Assembly: GCA_949283535.1 (NCBI GenBank)
Contig: CASDTC010000001.1
Coordinates: forward strand, 8,540-72,539
Length of the DNA stretch: 64,000 nt
DNA from: an uncultured Pseudomonadota bacterium
Lineage (GTDB): Bacteria; Pseudomonadota; Alphaproteobacteria; Rs-D84
Direction of reading: 5' to 3'
Shown: in pieces, positions 18,950 to 28,854 of the stretch
Layout of the letters: the number at the start of each line of letters is the position of its first letter
Numbering within the stretch: position 1 is the first letter of the stretch
Program-made: the position numbers and the translations under genes
The notes under the pieces: generated by a model
What the model was told of the DNA's origin: nothing
What the model saw: only the letters and a program-made list of their open reading frames with translations
Database searches by the model: none

Positions 18950-19718
18950 ATCGTTGCATTTGCATTGTTTGAATTAAATATTTTTTCATAAATGCATTTT
19001 TACGATGCGTGTTATTTATATGCGCATTTGATGTATTTATTTTCTGGGCGCCATATTTAATATTTTGTATTGGTTTTAATGAATATGGCGTATTTAATGT
19101 GGCATGTAATGCCGATTTTTTTGTTCTTGGTTTTGCAATGTGCGCATTTTTTCGTGTTGTACGAATACGCTTTGCACGGGCGCGTAATTTTTTACGATTA
19201 CGCCGTTTGTGTTTACGGATTGGGCGCATAATTGTATTTATTGAAATCCCATTTGTATTTATATCAATTGTTTGTAATGCGGTTGGGTTTTGTAATAAAT
19301 GTTGCATTATTGATGCGTCAATTTGATTCTGCAACAGCAGCCATAACAATAAAACATTCGGTTCAATTGCGTGATTAGTATTTTTATTTTCATTTATAAA
19401 ATAGAACTGTTTATCAATTGGATTATATGATATTGATTCAACACCATTTGCGGTGCGTTCATCAATCATGCCGGTCGTTGTATTTACCAGATATAAACGC
19501 GCCACCAGACCGCGTGGGGTCATAATACTGCGGCGTACGGCAACCATTGGTGTGTTTTGAAATTGCGCGATAATTTCAAATGGTTGTGCCGAAAAGCCAA
19601 TTGATTTGACACGCCGCATACGACCATTGGTGTTGCGCATGTTTAAAGTGTAGCGCCCATGTGGTGTTTTTATACATTGCAATTTATTTTGTGAAAATGA
19701 AATATTTTGTTTGTTCAT
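18948..19718 (-). CDS. Hypothetical protein with extremely basic C-terminal tail
   Basis: ATGA start/stop overlap with the upstream ABC gene. The tail reads RPIRKHKRRNRKKLRARAKRIRTTRKNAHIAKPRTKK. Confidence 0.5.
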   Translation of the reverse strand: MNKQNISFSQNKLQCIKTPHGRYTLNMRNTNGRMRRVKSIGFSAQPFEIIAQFQNTPMVAVRRSIMTPRGLVARLYLVNTTTGMIDERTANGVESISYNPIDKQFYFINENKNTNHAIEPNVLLLWLLLQNQIDASIMQHLLQNPTALQTIDINTNGISINTIMRPIRKHKRRNRKKLRARAKRIRTTRKNAHIAKPRTKKSALHATLNTPYSLKPIQNIKYGAQKINTSNAHINNTHRKNAFMKKYLIQTMQMQR

Positions 19719-21532
19719 TTATTTTTTTGTTTTTTACCTTCGGGTTTGAACTGAATATCGCGCAGTTTTTTGTATTCGCCATTTAATGCAACCAATTCAG
19801 CATCCGTTCCGCGTTCAATAATATGACCATCTTTTATTACACATATTATATCAGCATCCAATATCGTTGACAAGCGGTGTGCAATAACAAATGTTGTACG
19901 CCCGCGCATTAAATCTTTTAATGCCGATTGGATTAGTTTTTCGCTTTGCGTATCCAGTGCAGATGTTGCCTCGTCCAGTAATAAAATCGGGGCGTCTTTT
20001 AATATTGCACGCGCAATGGCGATTCGTTGTTTTTGACCGCCTGATAATAATGCGCCGCCTTCACCGACCTTGGATTTATATTTTTTGGGGAATTTCATGA
20101 TAAAATCATGGGCGTTTGCTGCGCGCGCGGCGGCTTGGACCTGGTCAGTGGTGGCATCTGGGGCGCCATATTTAATATTTTCTTCGATTGTGCCATTAAA
20201 CAAGAATACATCTTGGGAAACCTCTGCAATATTTTGGCGTAATGAATGCAGGGTGATATTTTTTATATTTTTACGATTAATTTCTATTTGACCTTTCTGT
20301 GGGTCATAGAAACGTTCGATTAAATTAAACATAGTTGTTTTACCGCCACCAGATGGTCCAACCAATGCACACACTTTGCCAGCCGGTACATGCAGGTTTA
20401 TATCGCGCAATACTGGTTCGCCGGGGTTATATTCAAAATATACATGATTGAATCCAACGGACATCTTTCCTGGTTTTAATTCAATTGCGTCTGGGGCATC
20501 TTGGATATCTGGTTTGCTGTCCAAGAAGTCAAATAAAATCTCGGCCGCCAACAGACCATGTTGTACGGTGTTGCTGGTGCTGGTAATGCTGCGCGCGGGT
20601 TTATATGCCGCGGTTAATGCCAGCAAGAATGCCGTAAAATCACCAGTCGTGATTGTACCGCTGACAATGAAATGACCGCCAATAATTAATGCCAGGCATA
20701 ATCCAATTGATATCATTAATTCCAATAATGGGGATTGCAATGCGAATGCCTGGGTTCCTTTGTATGAATTACACATTGATGAATCCAGTACGCGGGCAAA
20801 TTTTTTTGTTTCAACATCTTCGGTGCCGAATGACTGGATTGTTTTTATTCCGTGTAATGTTTGGTTCAAGTGTTGTGAAACATCGTTGGCAATGCCGAAT
20901 GATTCCCGCGACAATTTTCTGCGCTTGCGCATAATTAAAACCATTGGCACCAATATTGCCGGGACCAAGAACAATAACACTGCGCACATTTGTGGTGCAT
21001 AATATACCATTAATCCCAATGTCATTGCTAATGTTGCAATTTGTTGTATCGTGCTGATCAATGTACCAGTGACCAGGTTTAAAACAGCACCTGCCTGGAC
21101 GCCGAAATAATTTAAGTGTTTTCCAATGCCATCGCCATAAAATTTAGAAATATTCATTTTAACCATGTGGTTGTAAATGCGTTGCTGTAAATCAGCACTG
21201 GCATTTAATCCAGCCTTGGCCATGATAAGTGATTTTGCATAACTGAATACACCCTTGGCACCAAATGCAGCAATTATTTGCAGACCAAACATATAAATAT
21301 GTGTCATGCTTTTTTCAATAAAAGCCTTGTCCACAACCTGTTGAACCAGGGTAATTGTATATGCCTCTGCCCCGGCGGAGCCAATTGTTGCGATTATGCC
21401 AAACAGCAACCATTTCCATTGTGGCTTTCCAATTTCACGCCATACGCGTCCGTACAGCGACCATTTTATGCGACCGTTAGATTCATCGCCCTTGATAAAT
21501 TTCTTAATTTTCTGTTTAATATTTTTTAACAT
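19715..21532 (-). CDS. ABC transporter permease/ATPase fusion (MsbA-like exporter)
   Basis: Six-TM N-terminal half, Walker A GPSGGGKTT, signature LSGGQKQRIAIARA, Walker B ILLLDEATSALD. Confidence 0.85.
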   Translation of the reverse strand: MLKNIKQKIKKFIKGDESNGRIKWSLYGRVWREIGKPQWKWLLFGIIATIGSAGAEAYTITLVQQVVDKAFIEKSMTHIYMFGLQIIAAFGAKGVFSYAKSLIMAKAGLNASADLQQRIYNHMVKMNISKFYGDGIGKHLNYFGVQAGAVLNLVTGTLISTIQQIATLAMTLGLMVYYAPQMCAVLLFLVPAILVPMVLIMRKRRKLSRESFGIANDVSQHLNQTLHGIKTIQSFGTEDVETKKFARVLDSSMCNSYKGTQAFALQSPLLELMISIGLCLALIIGGHFIVSGTITTGDFTAFLLALTAAYKPARSITSTSNTVQHGLLAAEILFDFLDSKPDIQDAPDAIELKPGKMSVGFNHVYFEYNPGEPVLRDINLHVPAGKVCALVGPSGGGKTTMFNLIERFYDPQKGQIEINRKNIKNITLHSLRQNIAEVSQDVFLFNGTIEENIKYGAPDATTDQVQAAARAANAHDFIMKFPKKYKSKVGEGGALLSGGQKQRIAIARAILKDAPILLLDEATSALDTQSEKLIQSALKDLMRGRTTFVIAHRLSTILDADIICVIKDGHIIERGTDAELVALNGEYKKLRDIQFKPEGKKQKNK

Positions 21533-21614
21533 AGCAATTTATTATAAGTTGTATAAAGAAAACTGTCCAGTGAAAGATTACATATATAAATAAAATCGTT
21601 TTTGCATTTTTGAT

Positions 21615-21643
21615 TTGACAATGCATATAAATAAGTATAAAAT
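21615..21643 (+). promoter_or_regulatory. Sigma70-type promoter for tRNA-Ala / rpsU
   Basis: TTGACA-17 nt-TAAAAT. Confidence 0.5.
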
Positions 21644-21667
21644 TTGTGGGCTTTAAGGCAAAGTTTT

Positions 21668-21730
21668 GGGGTCATAGCTCAGTTGGTAGAGGGCGGGTTG
21701 CTTTGCAACGCTGTGGGTCTGTCAAATGAG
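21668..21730 (+). pseudogene. Degenerate tRNA-Ala pseudogene (tandem partial duplicate)
   Basis: The first 24 nt, plus 10 nt of upstream flank, are identical to the real tRNA-Ala 89 nt downstream. The anticodon stem and T arm no longer pair, and there is no 3' acceptor. Confidence 0.6.
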
Positions 21731-21756
21731 ATGTGGCAATAACAGAGCAAAGTTTT

Positions 21757-21832
21757 GGGGTCATAGCTCAGTTGGTAGAGCACCTGCTTTGCAAGCAGGG
21801 GGTCGTCAGTTCGAGTCTGATTGGCTCCACCA
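21757..21832 (+). tRNA. tRNA-Ala(TGC)
   Basis: Manual cloverleaf: acceptor GGGGTCA/TGGCTCC with G3:U70, anticodon loop TTTGCAA, TTCGAGT T-loop, encoded CCA. Confidence 0.95.
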
Positions 21833-21877
21833 AAATAAATATATAGTTAGGTGTTTTGTAAAGGGGGTGAATATACG

Positions 21878-22084
21878 ATGGTAAAAGTTCTGGTTCGCGA
21901 TAATAATGTCGAACAGGCATTGCGTGTTGCAAAGCGCAAATCACAAAAGGAAGGTCTGTATCGCGAAATGAAAGAGCGCCAGCGTTATGAAAAACCAACC
22001 ACAAAACGCAAGCGTATGAAAGAAGAAGCCGTGCGCAATGAAAAAAAGCGCCAATCAAAACAAAGAATGGTTTTTGGTTTCTAA
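21878..22084 (+). CDS. rpsU: 30S ribosomal protein S21
   Basis: RBS AAGGGGG; [40 protein letters not shown]. Confidence 0.9.
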   Translation: MVKVLVRDNNVEQALRVAKRKSQKEGLYREMKERQRYEKPTTKRKRMKEEAVRNEKKRQSKQRMVFGF

Positions 22085-22086
22085 AT

Positions 22087-22117
22087 AAAAAATCGCCCGT
22101 CTGGGCGATTTTTGTTT
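22087..22117 (+). terminator. Rho-independent terminator
   Basis: aaaaaatcgccc-gtct-gggcgatttttgtttt. Confidence 0.85.
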
Positions 22118-22194
22118 TCCCATACATTTGTTTTTGTAAGCCACGACACAGTGAAATAGTTCAATAAATAATGTTCGCTGTACAGGACATTAGT

Positions 22195-22392
22195 CTTTGT
22201 CATTCCGGGGTCAAACGGCACCTCACAAAACAAATGTTCTTGTGCACCCACCCACCCACCTGTCATGCGCGGCGCAGCGCGACAATCTCTGCCTTATCGT
22301 TGTGTCGCTCGGGTACATAAGTACCCGAGCGACACATTATAGAACACAAACTCTCTTGTCATTGCAAGTGAAACGAAGCAATGACAAGGGTG
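22195..22392. repeat. Cluster of nested palindromic repeat units (TGTCAT..ATGACA family)
   Basis: Contains a perfect 16-bp stem tgtgtcgctcgggtac-ataa-gtacccgagcgacaca (22301..22336) and an 11-bp stem cttgtcattgc/gcaatgacaag. The stretch 22311..22392 is 81/82 identical to the reverse complement of 63154..63235. Confidence 0.85.
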
Positions 22393-22562
22393 ATTGGTAC
22401 ATAAAATCACGCAAAAAATAAGATAAAGTGCACATCACAAATTTTTATCCATATGCTGGGGCATTTTTTATTTAATCTGGTGGCAAATTGCCCATAAAAA
22501 TATTCATTTTTGTGTGGCATGATACTGGTTGGACTTTTTTCGTTTGATACAAGACCAAAAAT

Positions 22563-22583
22563 AAAACCACCAAACGGTGGTTT
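22563..22583 (-). terminator. Hairpin terminator downstream of tRNA-Leu(CAA)
   Basis: aaaccacc-aaac-ggtggttt flanked by A and T runs. Confidence 0.6.
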
Positions 22584-22590
22584 ATATTTT

Positions 22591-22675
22591 TGGTGGCCCT
22601 GGTCGGACTCGAACCGACACTCCTTGCAGAACTTGATTTTGAGTCAAGCGCGTCTACCAATTCCGCCACGGGGCC
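22591..22675 (-). tRNA. tRNA-Leu(CAA), type II
   Basis: Manual fold: anticodon stem CTTGA/TCAAG, loop CTCAAAA, long variable arm, T arm GTCGG-TTCGAGT-CCGAC, A73, CCA. There is one C:A mismatch in the acceptor stem. Confidence 0.9.
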
Positions 22676-22696
22676 AAAACGCAATACGGCTGGTTT

Positions 22697-23071
22697 TTAT
22701 TTTGCCGCTGCTTTCTTGGCGTCAACCTTTTTCACCAGGCGTGCACTGCGATTCGCCTTGTGTGCAGGCTTTTTCGCGGGCTTTTCTGGTTTGCCAATTT
22801 TTTTGTTGATTGCCTTTTTAATTGCCGCCATTTCCGGTGTTAAACGGGATGGTGCCTTGGCCATTACATATTGATCCAGACCGCCGTGTTTGGTTAATGT
22901 ACGCAAACCAGCCGTTGAAATACGCAATGAAAAATCACGATTTAAAATATCGCTGTGGAATTTTAATTTTTGCAAATTCGGCAAGAATGTACGCTTTGTA
23001 TGGCGCATAGAATGGGATACATTCATCCCAACTTGTGTTTTCTTACCAGTAACATTACATACGCGTGGCAT
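22697..23071 (-). CDS. rpmB: 50S ribosomal protein L28 with Lys-rich C-terminal extension
   Basis: MPRVCNVTGKKTQVGMNVSHSMRHTKRTFLPNLQ; tail KKIGKPEKPAKKPAHKANRSARLVKKVDAKKAAAK. Confidence 0.9.
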   Translation of the reverse strand: MPRVCNVTGKKTQVGMNVSHSMRHTKRTFLPNLQKLKFHSDILNRDFSLRISTAGLRTLTKHGGLDQYVMAKAPSRLTPEMAAIKKAINKKIGKPEKPAKKPAHKANRSARLVKKVDAKKAAAK

Positions 23072-23231
23072 ATTATAATCCTTTAATAACTGCGGCATAA
23101 TTTATACCAAAATTCGCCAAAAGTCAAGAATTGTTTTATCGTTTTCTGAAATTTGGTTTAACTGTATTATTATATCATAAAAATCTGCAATATCCAGTTA
23201 TATAAGAAAATCAATGTTTTGATTCCTGTAC

Positions 23232-23261
23232 CTTGAAAATGCATAAAATGCTACTATATAT
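23232..23261 (+). promoter_or_regulatory. Candidate heat-shock (sigma32-like) promoter upstream of clpB
   Basis: CTTGAAA-N15-CTATATAT. The -35 element equals the sigma32 -35 core. Confidence 0.3.
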
Positions 23262-23293
23262 AGTGAAAATTAATAAAAAGGAGATTTTTAAAC

Positions 23294-25351
23294 ATGAATC
23301 CAGAAGAAATGCAAGAAACGCCAGAACAGGCGATTGCAAAATATACAACTGATTTTACTAAATTAGCGGCAGATGGAAAATTAGACCCGGTTATCGGGCG
23401 TGATGAAGAAATTCGCCGCACAATCCAAGTTTTATCACGGCGTACAAAAAATAATCCTGTTTTAATCGGCAATCCGGGGGTTGGAAAAACCGCAATTGTC
23501 GAAGGATTGGCAGAAAGGATTGTATCAGGTGATGTGCCAGAAAATTTATTAAAAAAGAAATTGTTATCGCTGGATATGGGGGCACTGATGGCGGGGGCAA
23601 TGTTCCGTGGTCAATTCGAAGGGCGATTAAAGGCAATATTAAAGGCGGTCAAAGATTCTGATGGACAAATTATTTTGTTTATTGATGAATTGCATACTTT
23701 GGTTGGCGCCGGCAAGGGCGAGGGCAGTATGGATGCCGGTAATTTATTAAAGCCAATGTTGGCACGCGGTGAATTGCACTGTTTGGGGGCAACAACATTG
23801 GATGAATATCGTCAGTATATTGAAAAAGACCCAGCATTGGCGCGTCGTTTTCAACCGGTTTATGTTGATGAACCAACTGTTGATGATACGATATCTATAT
23901 TGCGTGGATTAAAAGAAAAATACGAAGGGCATCATGGGGTGCGTATTTCAGATGCGGCGTTGGTATCGGCGGTAAAGTTGTCAAACCGTTATATAACAGA
24001 CAGATTCTTGCCGGATAAAGCCATTGACCTGATTGATGAAGCCGCCGCCCGTGTTCGTATTGAAATTGCGTCAAAACCAGAAAAACTGGATGAAGTTGAC
24101 AGACATTTAATGCAATTAAAAATCGAACAACAGGCATTAAAGAAAGAAAAAGACGAAGATTCAAAAAAACGATTGAAAGAGCTGGATGCGATTATAAAGG
24201 AAACCCAGGCGGAATCAGAAAAATTAACCGCAGCATGGCGACAAGAACAATCAAAAATGCGTGCATTATCTGATGCAATGGCGGCATTGGATTCAGCCAA
24301 GGCAGAAGTTGCCACCGCAATGCGAAATGGTGATTATGAAAAGGCATCTGCATTACAGTATGGGAAAATACCAGAACTGGAAGAACAAATTCGCAAAATG
24401 AATGCGGAATCAAAAGAATACAAAACTGTGTTGCCAGAACACATCGCTGCTGTTGTCAGCAAATGGACAGGCGTCCCAGCAGATAAGTTAAGTATCGAAG
24501 AACAATCAAAATTGCTGAATATCGAAGAAGAACTGGGCAAGCGTGTTGTTGGTCAGGATCATGCACTGGCGGTGGTGGCCCGGGCGATTCGGCGCAGTCG
24601 GGCGGGGTTATCCGATCCGCACAGACCGTTGGGCAGCTTTATGTTCTTGGGACCAACAGGTGTTGGTAAAACCGAAGTTGCCAAGGCGTTGGCAGAATAT
24701 CTGTTTAATGATGATACGGCAATGACACGAATCGATATGAGTGAATATATGGAACCACATTCTGTATCGCGCTTAATCGGCAGTCCCCCAGGATATGTTG
24801 GATATGAACAGGGTGGGGTATTGACCGAAAGTGTACGGCGTCGCCCATACCAGGTTTTGCTGTTTGATGAAATTGAAAAAGCAAACCCAGATGTATTTAA
24901 TGTATTTTTACAAATATTGGACGATGGGCGTTTAACAGATGGTCAGGGTCATGTTGTTAACTTTACAAATACAATTATAATCATGACCAGCAATTTGCCG
25001 GATATTGATGCGGTAAAAAAACATTTCCGCCCAGAATTCATTAACCGTATTGATGAAATTGTATTCTTTAATCCATTGGGAAAAGATGTTATGGCGGGTA
25101 TTGTAAAAATCCAACTGCGTAATCTGGAAAAAAGATTATCAGAACGCCGCATCGGACTGGAAGTATCGGACAAAGCGATTAAATGGTTGGGTGATAATGG
25201 ATATGATCCAATATTTGGTGCGCGACCATTAAAGCGATTGATTACATCGGCAGTCGAAGACAAAATTGCAGATTTGATATTGTCTGGTCAGGTCGGCGAA
25301 GGCAGCACTGTTTATGTCGATGTTCATGGTAAAGATTTAACCGTGAAATAA
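23294..25351 (+). CDS. clpB: ClpB disaggregase lacking the N-terminal domain (685 aa)
   Basis: Strong RBS AAGGAG 10 nt upstream. The protein starts about 60 aa before Walker A-1 ([15 protein letters not shown]). A coiled-coil M-domain and the second AAA module (GPTGVGKTE) are present. Confidence 0.9.
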   Translation: MNPEEMQETPEQAIAKYTTDFTKLAADGKLDPVIGRDEEIRRTIQVLSRRTKNNPVLIGNPGVGKTAIVEGLAERIVSGDVPENLLKKKLLSLDMGALMAGAMFRGQFEGRLKAILKAVKDSDGQIILFIDELHTLVGAGKGEGSMDAGNLLKPMLARGELHCLGATTLDEYRQYIEKDPALARRFQPVYVDEPTVDDTISILRGLKEKYEGHHGVRISDAALVSAVKLSNRYITDRFLPDKAIDLIDEAAARVRIEIASKPEKLDEVDRHLMQLKIEQQALKKEKDEDSKKRLKELDAIIKETQAESEKLTAAWRQEQSKMRALSDAMAALDSAKAEVATAMRNGDYEKASALQYGKIPELEEQIRKMNAESKEYKTVLPEHIAAVVSKWTGVPADKLSIEEQSKLLNIEEELGKRVVGQDHALAVVARAIRRSRAGLSDPHRPLGSFMFLGPTGVGKTEVAKALAEYLFNDDTAMTRIDMSEYMEPHSVSRLIGSPPGYVGYEQGGVLTESVRRRPYQVLLFDEIEKANPDVFNVFLQILDDGRLTDGQGHVVNFTNTIIIMTSNLPDIDAVKKHFRPEFINRIDEIVFFNPLGKDVMAGIVKIQLRNLEKRLSERRIGLEVSDKAIKWLGDNGYDPIFGARPLKRLITSAVEDKIADLILSGQVGEGSTVYVDVHGKDLTVK

Positions 25352-25435
25352 AACAATCCCCCCCTAATTTTTTTGGGGGAATTGTTATTAAAAAACAAAT
25401 AAAAATGGTAATCCATATCACAAGTTTAACAAGCA

Positions 25436-25465
25436 ATAAAAAAGATCCGCCAGAATGGCGGATTT
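25436..25465. terminator. Bidirectional terminator between clpB and polA
   Basis: aaaaaagatccgcc-agaat-ggcggattttt. Confidence 0.75.
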
Positions 25466-28243
25466 TTATTTTCCCCAGAATTTCCCAATCACATAATCTG
25501 CCGCCAGTGGTACAGATAATTGGGCAACATTTTCCATGGCAGATTCAATTCGTTTTGCAAAATCATCGGCGACATTTTCATCACATTCAAATATGATTTC
25601 ATCATGCACCTGCATAATCATTCTGATTTTATTAGCGTTCGGTTGTATTATATCGCGGTCAATATCAACCATGGCACGCCGCATCAGGTCCGCTTCGAAT
25701 CCCTGGATTGGTGCGTTTACAGCGGCACGCATGGCATACGCACGCATACGGGGATTTTTTACCTCTGGCAATTCAATACGGCGTCCCCATGGGGTATAAA
25801 CGCATGCATGTGTCATCGCAAAATTTTTAATATATTCAATATATTCTTTTATTTCAGGCAGTCCCGCCATATATGAATCAATTATTTGCTGGGCGGCGGC
25901 GCGTGAAATTCCCAATTGTCCCGCCAGACCAAATGATGATATGCCATATATAATTGAAAAGTTTACCGTCTTGGCGGCGCGTCTTAAATCCTTTGGAACC
26001 GGGGCATTGGCGTCAATGCCGAATATTCGGCGTGCGGTTTGTTCATGAATATCGGTGCCGGCGTTAAATGTTTCCTTGAATGTGTGAACATTTGCAACAT
26101 CCGCCAACAGGCGCAATTGAATTTGTGAATAATCCGCAGATATTAATACGCGTCCAGATGGGGCGATAAAGCATTTTCTGATTTCTGTCCCCAGTTCGGT
26201 TTTTATCGGAATGTTTTGCAGGTTTGGATCACGACTGGACAAGCGACCAGTGTTTGTACTGGTTTGCAGATATGTTGTATGAATGCGACCATCAGGTGCA
26301 ATTTGGTGCGGCAATGCGTCCGTGTATGTCCCCGCCAGCTTTGCAATTGAACGCCAATTTAATATCTTTTCAATTATTGGATGCGCGTCAATCATATCAT
26401 TTAATGTTTCGGCATCTGTTGAACGCTTTTTATTCGCCGGCAGATTTAATTCATCAAATAAAACAGCGCCCAATTGTTTGGGACTGGCGATATTAAATTC
26501 ATGACCCGCCATTTTCCATATTTCTGATTCCAGTTTCGTCAGTTGTTGATGAAATATCCCGGATAATTGCTTTAACCCATCGCGGTTAACCAGTACGCCT
26601 GCGCGTTCCATTTTTAATAATACCGGCATTAATGGCAAATCGCATTTTTCATACAGTTCGCGTAATTTTTCATTTTTATCCAGTTCTGGGCGCATCTTTT
26701 CATACAGTGCCATGCAAATACTGGCATCTTCGGCGGCATATGGGGTTGCCGTATTTATATCCAGTATATCAAAATGCATATCTGCATCACGGGTTTTTGG
26801 CGGAAACAGTGATGCGAAAGAAATATTCACATGCCCCAGGTATTTTTGTGCCAATTCATCCAGACCGTGCCCATGCAAAGTTCCATGTAATGCGTATGAC
26901 AACAGCATTGTATCATCAATTGGTGCAATTTGTTCAATGTCCCAATTTTCGTTTGCCAGCATATGTAAATCAAACTTTAAATTATGACCAACCTTGGTAA
27001 TATTTTTATTTGTAAATATTGGCCATAATTTTTTAAGAACTGTTTCAATGTCCAATTGGTTTGGGGCAATTGATTGTTCATTAAATAAATCGTTCCCGCC
27101 TATGTGATGCCGAATCGGTATGTATGCGCCATGGGTTGAATCTGTTGCCAATGAAATGCCAACAATTTTAGAATCCAGATAATTTAGCCCGGTCGTTTCG
27201 GTATCAAATGCGATTATATTTTTTACATTTGATAAAAATTTATCCAGTGCATCAATAGTTGTAATTGTTTCTGATGTTAATTTTAATGAACCGTGTGAAG
27301 ATTGCGTTGGTAAATCATTGTTCGGATTTTCACATTGTGATGCAGGAAATTCAAATTGTGATGGATGCGGACCTGTATTAAACTTTTCCAATGGAAATAA
27401 TTTTTCTATTTTTGCCGCCAAAGAATTACTTTCCAGTTTTTCGCGAACAAATGCCAGCGCAGCTGGTGTGTTAAATACAAATGGTTCGATTTTTAAACCA
27501 GATAAATCAACATCTGTTTTCAATGTTACCAGTTGTTTCGATATATATGCACTGTCGCGATTATCACGCAATATATTTCGTGTGCGTTCATTTTTTATCG
27601 TGTCCAGATTTTCGTATAGTGCATTTAATGAGCCAAATTGATTTATTAATTCGGCGGCTTTCTTGGGACCGATGCCGGGGACGCCGGGGACATTATCAGA
27701 CGAATCGCCCATCAGGCTTTGTACATCAATAACTTGGTCTGGGCGAACACCGAATTTTTCCAGAACCTGGGGCGCGCGTATTTCACGCTGTTTCATGCCA
27801 TCATATAAAAATACGCAATCTGATACCAATTGCATTAAATCTTTATCGCTGGTGATTATGCGGGTTGCATCATGCCCAGAACAATTTTCCCGCGCCAGTG
27901 TCGCAATTACATCATCTGCTTCGACCCCGGGAATGCATAATACAGGAATGCCCATTGCCGCGATGCCAGTGCGTACCAAGTACGATTGGGATATTAAATC
28001 TGCTGGTGTTTCTGTACGATTTGCCTTGTATGCGGGATAAATATCTTGTCGGAAAGATATTCGTGATGCGTCAAAAATGCATACGAATGAATCACCGCTT
28101 TTTGCTGACCCTAATATTGGCAATATCATATTAAAGAATCCGTATACGGCGCCTGTTGGTGTGCCGTCCGCGCGGGTCAGACGACTGTGTACACCATAAT
28201 ATGCGCGAAATAATAATGAATTGCCATCAATCAGTGTCAGCAT
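25466..28243 (-). CDS. polA: DNA polymerase I
   Basis: A 5'-nuclease domain (LIDGNSLLFRAYY), a 3'-5' exonuclease domain (FDTETTGL) and polymerase motifs (ISADYSQIQLRLLA, QVHDEIIFE). Confidence 0.95.
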   Translation of the reverse strand: MLTLIDGNSLLFRAYYGVHSRLTRADGTPTGAVYGFFNMILPILGSAKSGDSFVCIFDASRISFRQDIYPAYKANRTETPADLISQSYLVRTGIAAMGIPVLCIPGVEADDVIATLARENCSGHDATRIITSDKDLMQLVSDCVFLYDGMKQREIRAPQVLEKFGVRPDQVIDVQSLMGDSSDNVPGVPGIGPKKAAELINQFGSLNALYENLDTIKNERTRNILRDNRDSAYISKQLVTLKTDVDLSGLKIEPFVFNTPAALAFVREKLESNSLAAKIEKLFPLEKFNTGPHPSQFEFPASQCENPNNDLPTQSSHGSLKLTSETITTIDALDKFLSNVKNIIAFDTETTGLNYLDSKIVGISLATDSTHGAYIPIRHHIGGNDLFNEQSIAPNQLDIETVLKKLWPIFTNKNITKVGHNLKFDLHMLANENWDIEQIAPIDDTMLLSYALHGTLHGHGLDELAQKYLGHVNISFASLFPPKTRDADMHFDILDINTATPYAAEDASICMALYEKMRPELDKNEKLRELYEKCDLPLMPVLLKMERAGVLVNRDGLKQLSGIFHQQLTKLESEIWKMAGHEFNIASPKQLGAVLFDELNLPANKKRSTDAETLNDMIDAHPIIEKILNWRSIAKLAGTYTDALPHQIAPDGRIHTTYLQTSTNTGRLSSRDPNLQNIPIKTELGTEIRKCFIAPSGRVLISADYSQIQLRLLADVANVHTFKETFNAGTDIHEQTARRIFGIDANAPVPKDLRRAAKTVNFSIIYGISSFGLAGQLGISRAAAQQIIDSYMAGLPEIKEYIEYIKNFAMTHACVYTPWGRRIELPEVKNPRMRAYAMRAAVNAPIQGFEADLMRRAMVDIDRDIIQPNANKIRMIMQVHDEIIFECDENVADDFAKRIESAMENVAQLSVPLAADYVIGKFWGK

Positions 28244-28272
28244 TTGTGTCCTGTATTATATTTATTGTGGTT

Positions 28273-28809
28273 TTAGAATATATAGCGTAATTTTAAACGC
28301 AGTTCATATTGTAAAATATCTGGTTTTACATTTGAAACATCATAAATGTTTGGGGCATACAATGCGCGCCCTTCGGCATCAATTTTTAATGGTAATACAG
28401 GTATATCAAATGTTACGCCCAGCATCCCTTGGTATGCGGCAACGGTATCAATATCAATTGCATCAGAATCACCGCTGAAAACACTGCCAACGCCAACACC
28501 AATGTATGGATGAATTACGGTTGATGGCATTTTTGCATATGCGTTTATCATGCCCAGGTGCATTTTTGCGTTATCGCTGTTCATATAATTGTATTCCAAT
28601 TCAAATCTGAATACCGGGATATCCAGACCAATTACAGCACCATATGATTGTGCAGAATTTGTATGATCGTTGCCATCGGCAAATAATGTTGCGCCGCCCG
28701 CGCCAATTGTTGCGCCGGCATACAGATCAAATAAAGCACCAGCGGTCGCATTTGTACCATAAAATATCGCAGAAACAGCCGCCATCACAGCCATGGATTT
28801 TATTTTCAT
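28273..28809 (-). CDS. Small outer-membrane beta-barrel protein
   Basis: RBS AAGGAG; signal peptide MKIKSMAVMAAVSAIFYGTNATA; alternating amphipathic strands; C-terminal LRLKLRYIF. Confidence 0.75.
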   Translation of the reverse strand: MKIKSMAVMAAVSAIFYGTNATAGALFDLYAGATIGAGGATLFADGNDHTNSAQSYGAVIGLDIPVFRFELEYNYMNSDNAKMHLGMINAYAKMPSTVIHPYIGVGVGSVFSGDSDAIDIDTVAAYQGMLGVTFDIPVLPLKIDAEGRALYAPNIYDVSNVKPDILQYELRLKLRYIF

Positions 28810-28854
28810 ATTTTTCTCCTTTATGTGATATTATAATAGAAAAAAGAGATATAT

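Noticed and set aside
21768-22127. A 119-aa minus-strand ORF.
   Set aside because: It overlaps tRNA-Ala and is antisense to rpsU, so it is not credible as a gene.
22472-22874. ORFs of 70 to 99 aa on both strands around 22.5-22.9 kb.
   Set aside because: They overlap tRNA-Leu(CAA) and the rpmB coding region and are spurious.
25350-25392. A hairpin right after the clpB stop (aacaatccccc..gggggaattgtt) as the clpB terminator.
   Set aside because: The T-run sits in the loop rather than after the stem. The canonical bidirectional terminator at 25436..25465 is the more likely functional site.
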